64,000 nt of DNA from the human T2T-CHM13v2.0 reference genome, Homo sapiens, in the NCBI RefSeq assembly GCF_009914755.1, contig NC_060944.1; one strand, given 5' to 3'. Under the pieces are notes generated by a model. That model was given only the letters and a program-made list of their open reading frames with translations. It was not told the origin of the DNA and made no database searches. The translations under genes were made by a program, and so were the position numbers. Of this stretch, positions 51,181 through 64,000 are shown in pieces (position 1 is the stretch's first letter; each line of letters opens with the position of its first letter).

Positions 51181-52208
51181 TAACTTAAGGTTCTTTTTAA
51201 AGCTTAACTTAAAAACTATTTTAATATCAAGTGAAATAGTGAAAAACTATTTTCATTATTCAAACTATTATTCTGACCAAGCATTTTGTGGTCTATCTGT
51301 GCTTCCAATTTTCAGGTTATCTTTTGAGGTGAGATGAACTGGGTTGGCGGACTCATTAGCAGGAGGGGGATGCTGCGCTGTGCCTGGTACATTGTTAACA
51401 ACAGAAAATAATAGCCATTAAAGGGAATGAAGGGCAGGGGGGATGATTAGGGACCTAGAAACACTGGCCAACTGTTCTATCTAAAAAACAAATGTCGAAA
51501 GCCCTTTTGGGCTCTGAGATACTCAGCACTTAACTGCTCTTGAGCATTTATAAGTAGTCAGACAGATCGTTGTTCAAAGCAAAGATTGAGTGACAGTTCA
51601 TACCATCGGCCTCAGTTTTCTCCTCTGTAAAACGGGACATAACCGAAATGTCAGTGGGCTTTTGTGATGATTTAGAGGGCAAGTATGATAGCTTCTAGCT
51701 CAATGTTTGACATGTGGAAAGTAATTAGATTTATTATATATTATAATATTCATTAGAATTTTGAGGTCAACTCTGCCCATGTGTCTAACCGTCTAAAACA
51801 AAGGATGGATCACTGTGGGAAAGAACTGAACTTGGCCTTCGGTTCAGAATTCCTGCCCCTCTGGGTGATGGAAACGTAAGAAGAGCAGGAGAGTACACCC
51901 TAGCAGTTCACAATTTTTCATTATTTGCCAAAGAGAGAAAATTTAGGTGACGCAAAGGACACTTAGAGGCCTGCCGGGCAGCAGCAGCTCGGGGAATGAC
52001 AGATCGATCTCTACCTTGGAGAAGGTAGCTGGGAAGAGCTGTGCTTTACGGAGAGCTTGGGGACTGAGGCACACTCGCAATTTATGCACTGACCTGGATT
52101 CTGGCAGAGCTTGTGTTTCGTGAGACGTGGGCTCCCTTTCAATCGCAGATGCATCTTTTTGGAGTAGAGGATGCTCTTTACCATCCTGTCCTGTCCTGTT
52201 TTTCCTAG

Positions 52209-52253
52209 GACTTCCTGTTCTTGGGTGCCAATGTCCAATACATGAGAGTTTGA
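52209..52253 (+). CDS. LBP: LBP terminal exon 15, coding part (DFLFLGANVQYMRV*)
   Basis: cctag|GAC; TGA 52251-52253; cumulative CDS 1446 nt = 481 aa. Confidence 0.97.
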   Translation, partial: DFLFLGANVQYMRV

Positions 52254-52494
52254 GGACAAGAAAGATGAAGCTTGGAGGTCACAGCTGGATCTGCTTGTTG
52301 CATTTCCAGCTGTGCAGCACGTCTCAGAGATTCTTGAAGAATGAAGACATTTCTGCTCTCAGCTCCGGGGGTGAGGTGTGCCTGGCCTCTGCCTCCACCC
52401 TCCTCCTCTTCACCAGGTGCATGCATGCCCTCTCTGAGTCTGGACTTTGCTTCCCCTCCAGGAGGGACCACCCTCCCCGACTGGCCTGGGATAT

Positions 52495-52600
52495 CTTTAC
52501 AAGCAGGCACTGTATTTTTTTATTCGCCATCTGATCCCCATGCCTAGCAGAGTGCTGGCACTTAGTAGGTCCTCAATAAATATTTATTAAATGATGAGAT
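52495..52600 (+). mobile_element. L2 3' end overlapping the LBP 3' end
   Basis: ccccatgcctagcagagtgctggcacttagtaggtcctcaataaatatttattaaatga matches the L2 terminus. Confidence 0.8.
52575..52580 (+). terminator. LBP: LBP polyadenylation signal AATAAA
   Basis: first canonical hexamer after the stop (~320 nt). Confidence 0.8.
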
Positions 52601-53662
52601 GATGGAATCACCTGGTATTCTAGCTGAGCCTCATCACTGCCTGCCCTCTTCTGACCTCAGGGGTCTTTGGATAGTCAGCCACATCTATGGTCTCCAAGGC
52701 CCCTTTCTCATCGCCGCTGCTATGGGAGCCTCAATGAGAGAACCAGGGATTCTGTACATCATGTAGCCCTGGATCTGGCGCTGGTGCTCCGTCTCTAAGG
52801 CCCTTGTCCTGTCTCAGGCAGGGGCTCACTTCGACATCGCTCCCTCCCTCATTTCTTGCCTGCTACAGCCAAGGGAGCCAATGATCTCCCGGAGCAAAAA
52901 CTCAGCCTCCCGCTGCTTTTCCCTCATTGAAGCAGGTGTAAATTAGGAGGAAATGGATCTGTCTAAGTTTTTGGTCCAACCCCAATAAAAAGCTCATCCA
53001 ACTGTTGTTTATGAGCCCCAAGCCTGGAGGGAGAGGCCGTGATTTCTAATTACTGAACAATGAGCCTTTGATCAGACTAATAAAGAGTCATTTCCAAGTT
53101 ATGTAGTTGGGCTCCCAGGGACTGGGAGTCAGAAGACTCGTTTGATAATTTTTTTTATTGTGTTAATGAGCAGATGGATGGAGCTTCAGGCTAGCAGATA
53201 ATTCACAGGGAATAATCCCATTTACCCTGTGTGTGACAGAGATGTGTTCCAAGATGGGACGATGTGTTGTCGCCCAGCTGGTGGCAGGGTAAGCTGTGGC
53301 TTCAAGCCCTCTCTCCTCTCCATTTTTGTTCATTTGTTTGCCACCATCCATCCCTATGACCGACTGGCAAAGGACACAGGCTTCATCCAGTACTAGCCAT
53401 GTGGCCTTGGGAAGGTCACTTTCCCCCTGGGGTCCTCATCTATGAAATGATGATGATGATTATAGTAGTCAATTCCTGGGACTGCTATAATGACTGCATT
53501 GGGTAATCTATGTGGAAGGATTTATTTAGCCAAATGGGGATTCCATATTTATTGGCTGGGTGTGCTTACTAAGCACCTCCTATTTGCCAGGCTTTGGGGT
53601 CCTCATGGGGAGAAATACATGGAGCATGGGCTCCATTCCTGATCCTGCTTTTAAGAGTGATA

Positions 53663-55536
53663 CTTCCTCTCCCTCTCCCTCTCCCTCTCCCTCTCCCTCT
53701 CCCTCTCCCTCTCCCCACGGTCTCCCTCTCCCTCTCCCTCTCCCTCTCCCCACGGTCTCCCTCTCCCTCTCCCCTCTTTCCACGGTCTCCCTCTGATGCC
53801 GAGCCGAAGCTGGACTGTACTGCTGCCATCTCGGCTCACTGCAACCTCCCTGCCTGATTCTCCTGCCTCAGCCTGCCGAGTGCCTGCAATTGCAGGCGCG
53901 CGCCGCCACGCCTGCGTGGTTTTCGTATTTTTTTTGGTGGAGACGGGGTTTCGCTGTGTTGGCCGGGCTGGTCTCCAGCTCCTAACCGCGAGTGATCCGC
54001 CAGCCTCGGCCTCCCGAGGTGCCGGGATTGCAGACGGAGTCTGGTTCACTCAGCGCTCAATGGTGCCCAGGCTGGAGTGCAGTGGCGTGATCTCGGCTCG
54101 CTACAACCTACACCTCCCAGCCGCCTGCCTTGGCCCCCCAAAGTGCCGAGATTGCAGCCTCTGCCCGGCCGCCACCCCGTCTGGGAAGTGAGGAGCGTCT
54201 CTGCCTAGCCGCCCATCGTCTGGGATGTGAGGAGCCCCTCTGCCTGGCTGCCCAGTCTGGAAAATGAGGAGCGTCTCTGCCCGGCCACCATCCCATCTAG
54301 GAAGTGAGGAGCGTCTCTGCCCGGCCGCCCATCGTCTGAGATGTGGGGAGCGCCTCTGCCCCGCCGCCCCGTCTGGGATGTGAGGAGTGCCTCTACCCGG
54401 CCGCCCCGTCTGAGAAGTGAGGAGACCCTCCGCCTGGCAACCGCCCCGTCTGAGAAGTGAGGAGCCCCTCCACCCGGCAGCCACCCCGTCTGGGAAGTGA
54501 GGAGCGTCTCCGCCAGGCAGCCACCCCGTCCAGGAGGGAGGTGGGGGGGTCAGCCCCCCGCCCGGCCAGCCGCCCCGTCCGGGAGGGAGGTGGGGGGGTC
54601 AGCCCCCTGCCCGGCCAGCCGCCCCGTCGGGGAGGTGAGGGGCGCCTTTGCCTGGCCGCCCCTACTGGGAAGTGAGGAGCCCCTCTGCCCGGCCAGCCGC
54701 CCCGTCCGGGAGGGAGGTGGGGGGGTCAGCCCCCCGCCAGGCCAGCCACCCCGTCCGGGAGGGAGGTGGGGGTGTCAGCCCCCCCCCGGCCAGCCGCCCT
54801 GTCCGGGAGGTGAGGGGCGCCTCTGCCCGGCCGCCCCTACTGGGAAGTGAGGAGCCCCTCTGCCCGGCCAGCCGCCCCGTCCGGGAGGGAGGTGGGGGGG
54901 TCAGCCCCCAGCCCGGCCAGTCGCCCCGTCGGGGAGGTGAGGGGCGCCTCTGCCCGGCTGCCCCTACTGGGAAGTGAGGAGCCCCTCTGCCCAGCCGCCA
55001 CCCCGTCTGGGAGGTGTGCCCAGCAGCTCATTGAGAACGGGCCATGATGACAATGGCGGTTTTGTGGAATAGAAAGGGGGGAAAGTTGGGGGAAAAGATT
55101 GAGAGGTTGGATGGTTGCCGTGTCTGTGTAGAAAGACGTAGACATGGGAGACTTCTCATTTTGTTCTGTACTAAGAAAAATTATTCTGCCTTGGGATCCT
55201 GTTGATCTGTGACCTTACCCCCAACCCTGTGCTCTCTGAAACATGTGCTGTGTCCACCCAGGGTTAAATGGATTAAGGGCGGTGCAAGATGTGCTTTGTT
55301 AAACAGATGCTTGAAGGCAGCATGCTCGTTAAAAGTCATCACCACTCCCTAATCTCAAGTACCCCGGGACACAAACACTGCGGAAGGCCGCAGGGTCCTC
55401 TGCCTAGGAAAACCAGAGACCTTTGTTCACTTGTTTATCTGCTGACCTTCCCTCCACTATTGTCCTATGACCCTGCCAAATCCCCCTCTGCGAGAAACAC
55501 CCAAGAATGATCAATAAAAATAAATAAATAAATAAA
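53663..55536 (+). mobile_element. full-length SVA (probably SVA_D): (CCCTCT)n, Alu-like, VNTR, SINE-R, AATAAA 55513-55518, A-rich tail
   Basis: all domains in order; TSD aagagtgata 53653-53662/55537-55546 at a TT|AAGA L1-endonuclease site. Confidence 0.97.
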
Positions 55537-55823
55537 AAGAGTGATAGGTGTGCTGAAAAGAGCCAGTATTGATTCCAGCCTACCTGTTTTGGGTCCCTGG
55601 GCAAGGTATCTCCAAGCCTCAGTGTCCTCTCCTGTCAAATGAGGCTGGGAAGAGCTCTTGGCGGGATTATTTTGGAAATTGATGGGTTCAGGTTAAGCTT
55701 CCGTGGGTGCCCAGAGAATAACCAGGTGGTGGTCAATGGATGACACAATTAGATCACCTGTCATACTTGGTGTCCCCAGAAGCAGACCCTGAAGAAAAGA
55801 GGTGAGTACAAGTATGACGGTGT

Positions 55824-56152
<329 letters not shown>

Positions 56153-56421
56153 CTGACTCCCAGTCTTTTCTCCAGTTAATCTTTCCTGGGTTTTTGATGA
56201 GATTCCTAGGAAGGGGGTCTTAAGATAATTGCATTTCTTTTGGAAAGAAGTTTTCTTATTCAGAGAAGGAAATTCCAGACAGAGTCCCTTCTGGTGCTTC
56301 AGGAAAGAGGATCAGAGAGCTAAGGAGGTGAGGGAAGATCAGAGGGAGACCTTGAGTCTGCTTTTTTAGTTCAGCATATCAATGTGCCATATATTGGCGT
56401 ATTGTTTTCCGAGCCCCAACA
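56153..56421 (-). mobile_element. LTR fragment (MER21/MER34/MER39 group)
   Basis: ends ...ttttccgagccccaaca (reverse of TGTTGGGGCTCxGAAAAC); homologous to ~59003-59100. Confidence 0.6.
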
Positions 56422-57089
56422 GTGTTATATCTCGATGGGGTAGTACAGGACAACACAGCTGGCCCTAGAGTCCCATAGCAGGTTCTGACGCCCTGAAATC
56501 TGACTGTAAACATATGAGTATCCTGGACAGCTCCAACCTGTAGAGAAGGACTGGCCTTGGGACAGGAGGTTCTGATCTCAATAACCGGAAGAACTGGACT
56601 GTCAAAGAACCTTCAAGAGACCACAGACTCATTGCTGTGTAGATCTCATTCTCACACAAAACCAAGATGCCACCTTGGAGCGCCTCCTCTTGACTACAAC
56701 CTGTTCCTCCCTTCTGCCCTTCTCTGATTTCCCCTCTCCTCTCCTCAACCTGATCAAGACCTCTAGCCTCACCGGTGTCTTCCAGGCCGCTATTCTGATT
56801 TAATTTGTCTCCATAACTAAGCACAGTTCATCATCTCTAACAGAATCCTTTCATCTCCTGACAATCCTACTTTCCACATCCCCAGCCTGGGGCCTAGGCG
56901 TAGGTAAGAGAATTAAATTACTGGAGGAAAAGGCAGGCAGGCTATAGCCAGTTGAGGTCTCCTTCCATCACCAAAACCATAGTTCTGTCTGAATGGCCTG
57001 AGCAGCAGCAACAGCCTAGAAATTGGAATACATGATATTTCTAATGAGGCTCTCAGGTAAGGTCTCAGAACCCATTCAGTCTCAAGACA

Positions 57090-57722
57090 TGCTTTTTGTT
57101 TTTGTTTTTGTTTCTTTGAGACAAGGTCTGGCTCTATCTCCCAGGCTGGAGTGCAGTGGCACAATCTCGGCAAACGACAACCTTCACCTCCCGGACTCAA
57201 GCCATCCTCCCACCTCAGCCTCCAGCATGGTGGGACTACAGGCATGCACCACCATGCCCAGCTATTTTTGTGTGTGTGGGTATTTGTTGTAGAGATGGGG
57301 TTCTGCCATGTTGCCCAGGCAGGCCCTGAACTTGTGAGCTCAGGTGATCCGCCGGCCTCAGCCTCCCAAAGTGCTGAGATTACAGGCAGGAGCCACCATG
57401 CCCAGCTGCATTTCTTCTTTCTTTTTATTTATTTTTTTTGAGATGGAGTTTCTCTCTTGTTGCCCAAGCTGGAGTGCAATGGCATGATCTCGGCTCACTG
57501 CAACCTCGGCCTCCCAGGTTGAAGTGATTCTCCAGCCTCAGCCGCCTGAGTAGCTGGAATTACAGGCGCCCGCCACCATGCCCAGATAATTTTTGTATTT
57601 TTAGTAGAGACTTGGTTTTATCATGTTGGCCAGGCTGGTCTCAAACTCCTGACCTCAGGTGATCTACCTGCCTTGGTCTCCCAAAGTGTTGGGATTACAG
57701 GTGTGAGCCACCATGCCTAGCC
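57090..57722 (-). mobile_element. two tandem antisense Alus
   Basis: Alu consensus; ctgcatttctt repeated at the junctions. Confidence 0.88.
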
Positions 57723-58524
57723 TGCATTTCTTTCTAAGAGCCCAAGATGTAGCTTAGAAGAAAAGACACTAGCATGCCAGGATAGTCCATATTGTGCTGT
57801 AAGTGAAGGCAGCATGGAGAAGTCTTGGCAATATAGGTAACAAGGTCAGGGGCAGCCACAGGTCTGAATAGGTGGAAAGATGAGAGCTGCTGGGTATAGT
57901 ATCAAAGGGTTAGGCAAACAATAGAACCAATAAGTGTGCGTGTTTGGAAAGGACAGAAGAAGAAAACAAAATAAACAAAACCAAAACCAAGTACAGCATT
58001 GGGCCCCAGGGATTAGAAAGTCAAGCAGGAGCTAGCACGGCCAATGCACTTTGCTTCTTTCACTGGAAAAGTCCAAAATATATTTTCCTATTAGTACACA
58101 GAGATCTTCTGCATTTGATTTTTAAAATTTAACACAGCTACATAATATTCCACATTTGTGTATGTACAAAACAACTTCTTCATTCTTATTTAAAGATGCA
58201 TAGGATCTCCTGGTGAAAGATACAATTTATTTAACCAGTTCCTACTTATGGGTCATCAGGTTGTTTTAAAACTTTTGCTTTTATAAATAATGTTTCAGTG
58301 AATACCTGTATTCATATGCCAATTCATACGTGTGGAGGTACATTGTAGAATAAATGCCCAGAAATCAAATCCTATAACTCTGACTCTTTGGTTAATTTAG
58401 CAGATTGTCATTTGCTCACTTTCTCTTCTTTCCAGACTTTCCCCTTCTCTTGAGGTGGTGCCTGGGTATACAGGGATGTTGAAGGGGTCCACATGGCATC
58501 ATGAGAGTGGAGTGAAGCAGGACA

Positions 58525-59405
58525 TAGTAAAGAATTTAACCTTGCTCAAAGAGAGACATGGCTTTTGTCCTTGGCCCCTGGAAGGTAATCTCTAAGCCCT
58601 TGGAATGCTTGCCTGGTAAGAGTGCCTTTGTTTACCTGGGGGCATTGGTCCATAACAGATAGTCTAACAAGGGGAGCCACGGCAGGGCTTTTGTTCACAT
58701 CATATCAGCTTAATCTCTGAAGATGCTGAAGACTGAGCCCAGCCACATGGGCAGCCAACCAGATTGGCATGATCAAGGCCCCAAAAGACTCTGGAGCTTT
58801 TCAGATGATTTTCAGGAGAAATGACTGAGCCCAAAGAACAATAGCCTGGAAGGAAGTTCCTATGAGTGCTGTGGGAAGTGGTGGGAAGGTGAGGGGCGGA
58901 ACTTCACAATGCACAAAGGTTGTCTTATTATGCAGATGAAGTCTCCCCGGTAATCTCTGAGCTGCACTCAGAGGATAGATGAAGAAGTCTGGGCGTGGCG
59001 ATTACTCCAAGTCTTTTCTCTGGTTAATCTTTCCTAGCTATTTGATGAGATTCCTAGGAAGGGGACCTTAAAATAATTGCTTTTATTTTGGAAAGAAGGT
59101 TTGGCTGAGTGTCCCCAGTTGGCAATACTTCATGTGTATTGTCACACATCAATGCTAGAAAAGTGATGCTGTCCACGACCCCAGGGAGAGAGGGCAGCTG
59201 GAAGCTCTGCGTTAGAACTTTCTTGGACTCTGCCCTATGTTGCTCTTCCCTTGGCTGATTTTAATTGGTATCTTTTTGCTGTAATAAAATATAACCATGA
59301 GTATAACAACTTTAAGTGAGTTCTGTGAATCTTTCTGGCACATTTTCACACTTAAGGGTTGTCTGGGCCACTCCTGAACTTGCAATTGGTGTCAGAAGTA
59401 AGAGT
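58525..59405. mobile_element. MER21-type LTR
   Basis: taaagaatttaaccttgc...ggtaatctctaagcccttggaatg...gtaataaaatataaccatgagtataac...ggtgtcagaagt. Confidence 0.65.
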
Positions 59406-60347
59406 GGTCTTGTGAGCAATGCTGCCTCTAACTTCACACAAGGAGTCTTCTCCTCCTCAGCTCCTTCACTCACTGGACATCCTGCTGGCCACAGATGCTG
59501 CCTGAGCATGAGGCCAGTGACACAGAGACCTGTTCCCTGTGGCCTGGTCAAGGCCTAAAGTCCCTCACCTCCTGCCCCCAGCTGCTGCATCTTCAGATCT
59601 GCTACAAACCCTGTATTGATCAGGCTTCCTACCTGCAAACTTTAGCATCCACTCTGGGTAGTATAGGCAGAAAGGGGTTTGTTAAAGGACATTAGATTGT
59701 TCTCAAATGGTTGGGAGGAGAAACAGAGTTGAGGCTGAGCTTCCAAACTGGTCACAGGGGTTAATCAGATGCAGACCACACCAGGACATATAAGCTCACT
59801 TTCTCATTAGCCCCACTGATTTTTTAAGGTATTCTATCATACACCAGGATCAACATATACTTATAAAATTCCTTTGTCTTTACTATTTAAGATTGCAACA
59901 CTTATTTAGTGTTCAATTATCTGCTTGTGAAATACTTCTTAGCCCAGTGCTTCTCAAACTTCAATGTGCCTATGAATCCCCTGAGCATCTTATTAAAATG
60001 CAGATTCTGATGCAGCAGGTCTGGGGAGGAGCTGAGAATCTAACCATCTTCCAGGTATTTCCAATGCTGCTGGTCCTTGAGTAACAAGATCAAGTAAACT
60101 TTGTGGGAGTAAGAAATTTCTCACTGCTATATAACCCCCTAGAACAGCACCTGGCACATAGTAGGTGCACAGTTAGACATTTGTCACATGAATGGATTTG
60201 GCCCATAGATCCAACATGGTCCAGCTTCGCCCTCCATCCAGCACTGTGTGAATTGTTGGTCTACAGAACGTTCAGTGGTCTGGAGCCCAGGAGAGAAAAC
60301 TGGAAATTTCTCAAAAGCCAAGTAGTGACAGAAAATGATTCAGTCGC

Positions 60348-61042
<695 letters not shown>

Positions 61043-61584
61043 GTCACCTTGTTGAGGTCAAGTGGCCAATTTTTGCAACATTGCTAGATCAGGGTCTCAG
61101 TGAAAAACCCCCTTTTAGGAAGAAGGCACAAATTTCCCATATAGAAAAATTCTAAGTAATGTATGTAAACACTGCCCTGCAAGAAGTTGGGAGCACAGCT
61201 CTCTGCCCCTTAAGTATGGGCTACACTTAGTAACTTGCTTCCAAAGAATAGAGTATGGAAGAGTGGTGGGGAGTAAATTTATCGAGAAACCTGACAAATA
61301 CTACATTAGCCAGGTGATCAAGGTAAAGATACTCAGTGATAAGTCATGTTGATAGTAGGCATCTTAGTTCAGGCTACTCTAACAAATTACCATAGACTGA
61401 GGGACTTAAACCACAAACCTTTGTTCTCAAGTTTTAGAGGCTGGAAGTCTGGGATCGGGATGCCAGCATGGCCAGCGAGGGCCCTCCACTGTGTGGCAGG
61501 CTGCTGACTTCCCACTGTCTCTTCACGTGGTGGGGAGCAAAGAGAGGGAAGCAAGCTCTCTCATATCTTGTCTTCTGATGGCAC

Positions 61585-62336
61585 TGTTTAATCCAGGTTA
61601 GCGTAAAGCTGCCTTATTTTGAAGTTCAGCCTAAAGATTCCTCTGTACATCGTGAACTATAACCTAAATGGAGTTGTAAACAGACCATACCCTACTCTTG
61701 TGCCAATCACCGAGTTTTGGCCAATCAAAAGTGGCCAACTGTTTAAACCGTTCAAATAAGGCAAACATAGAGCTGTAACCAATCTAGCTGTTTCTGTACC
61801 TCACTTCCGTTTTCTGTACCTCACTTCCGTTTTCTGTACATCACCTAACTTTTTCTGTCCATAAATCTTTTACCACCACGTGCTATGCTGGACTTTCTTG
61901 AGCCTGCTCTGGTTCAGGAAGCTGCCAATTCGTGAATTGTTCTTGTTCCAGTAAACTCTTTTAAATTTAATTTAGCTTAAGTTTTTCTTTAGGCTGGATG
62001 CGGTGGCTAACGCCTGTAATCCTAGCACTTTGGAAGGCCAAGGCGGGCAGATCACTTGAGGTCAGGAGTTGGAGACCAGCCTGGCCAACATGGCAAATCC
62101 TGGTCTCTACTAAAATACAAAAGTTAGTCGGGCGTGGTGGCGTGCATCTGTAATCCCAGCTACTCAGGAGGCTAAGGCAGGAGAATCGCTTGAACCCAGG
62201 AGGCAGAAGTTGCAGTGAGAATGAGAAGAGATCGTGCCATTGCACTCCAGCTTGGGCGACAGAGTGAGACTCCATCTCAAAAAAATAATAAATTAAAAAT
62301 AAATAAATAAAATAAAATAAAGTTTTTATTTTAACA
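61585..62336 (+). mobile_element. MER57 LTR (Alu inserted at ~61992-62318) nested in a MaLR LTR (~61360-62475)
   Basis: gttcagcctaaag...gtgccaatcaccgagttttggccaatc...ttctgtacctcacttccg...ttttaaca. Confidence 0.8.
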
Positions 62337-62929
62337 GTGCTAATTCTATTCATGAGGGCTCCATTTTCATGACCTAATTACCTCCCAGAGGCCCTACCTC
62401 CAGATATTATCCTATTGAGGATTTAGATATCAACATATGAATTTGAGCAGGAAACAAATATTCAGTCCATAACAGTAGGTGTCTCTGACATGGTGAGATG
62501 AGAATGGCACTCAATGGTCTTCCTCCCCAAAACCCGTGGTGAAAAACATCAGACAAACCCAAATTCAATGGCATTCTACAGAAACTGTTGGTCAGTTCTC
62601 CTCAAAACTGTCGAGGTCATCAAAAACAAGGGCAGTGTGAGAAACTGGCACAGCCCAGGGGAGCCTCAGGAGACTTGAGGACTACATTCAGTGTGGCATC
62701 CTGGGTGGGACCCTGGAAAATGAAAAGGACATTAGGGAAAAAAATAATAAAATTTGGATAAAGTTATATGGTTAATAAGAATATGTCAATCATTAGTTAT
62801 AATAAATGTAATATTAATATAAGAAGCCAACAGTAGAGGAACTGGGGACAGGATATATGAGAATTCTCTTTATGACCTTTACAAATTTAAAATTATTTAA
62901 AAAAAAATTTTATAAAGAAATTGAAAATT

Positions 62930-63666
<737 letters not shown>

Positions 63667-64000
63667 TCACCAATTATCTGCAGAGGAAATCTTGGGCCAG
63701 AAAGAAAGGTCATCAGCTCAGTCCTCCCCAGTAGATGGCAATAGCAGTTAATTTGTTGGTGGCTACTTTGAACTTGGGAGCCAACAGAATCTACATAATA
63801 GGGTTTCAAACACCTTTCAGAACCGATCTTGTATCGCAGATGCAGGAAGAGAGTTTAGGTTTTCCTCTTTAGTGTGTCTTCTTTAGGAATGAAATCTTCA
63901 TTGACACATTAGTGGGTGACTGGTATTTAATGAGAGGCATCAGAATGCTGTGATTGAAGAATTTAAATTCCCCATCAGGGCCAGGAGCAGTGGCTCACAC

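Noticed and set aside
54160-55015. Regularly spaced GC-rich repeats resembling a repeat-spacer (CRISPR-like) array
   Set aside because: SVA VNTR with no unique spacers; eukaryotic context
53560-55145. Cluster of 60-130-aa ORFs (e.g. LPLPLP, GEGEGE, RPGGR)
   Set aside because: Translations of the SVA hexamer, Alu-like region and VNTR

Overview
Human (or close hominid) genomic DNA recognisable as the BPI-LBP locus on 20q11.23. The + strand carries the last six coding exons (10-15) of BPI (stop 11499-11501). About 9.3 kb later comes the complete 15-exon LBP gene (ATG 20835, TGA 52251-52253). Its exon lengths sum to 1446 nt = 481 aa + stop, all introns are GT-AG, and the poly(A) signal is at 52575. 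The rest is interspersed repeats: roughly 40 Alus, L2/MIR/L1 relics, MER41, MER50, MER57, THE1, LTR33 and MER21-type LTRs, MADE1, MER5 and MER33, a full-length SVA 1.1 kb past LBP, and a 1.65-kb C/A-only tract in LBP intron 5. I see no new protein-coding system; the long ORFs in the track are repeat artefacts. The best candidates for undescribed biology are non-coding. (1) A MER41 solo LTR in LBP intron 5 retains two intact GAS/STAT motifs. (2) An unexplained locus-internal repeat has a perfectly conserved 20-mer in three copies, plus an inverted copy complementary to the sequence just upstream of the exon 8 acceptor. (3) A triple-nested Alu forms a head-to-head palindrome with a 2-nt spacer. 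(4) The LBP poly(A) signal is L2-donated. (5) A MIR-embedded CTCF motif lies between BPI and LBP. (6) A ~148-bp templated insertion sits in a BPI intron. Repeat family names and boundaries come from recalled consensus sequences and are approximate unless a TSD is quoted.
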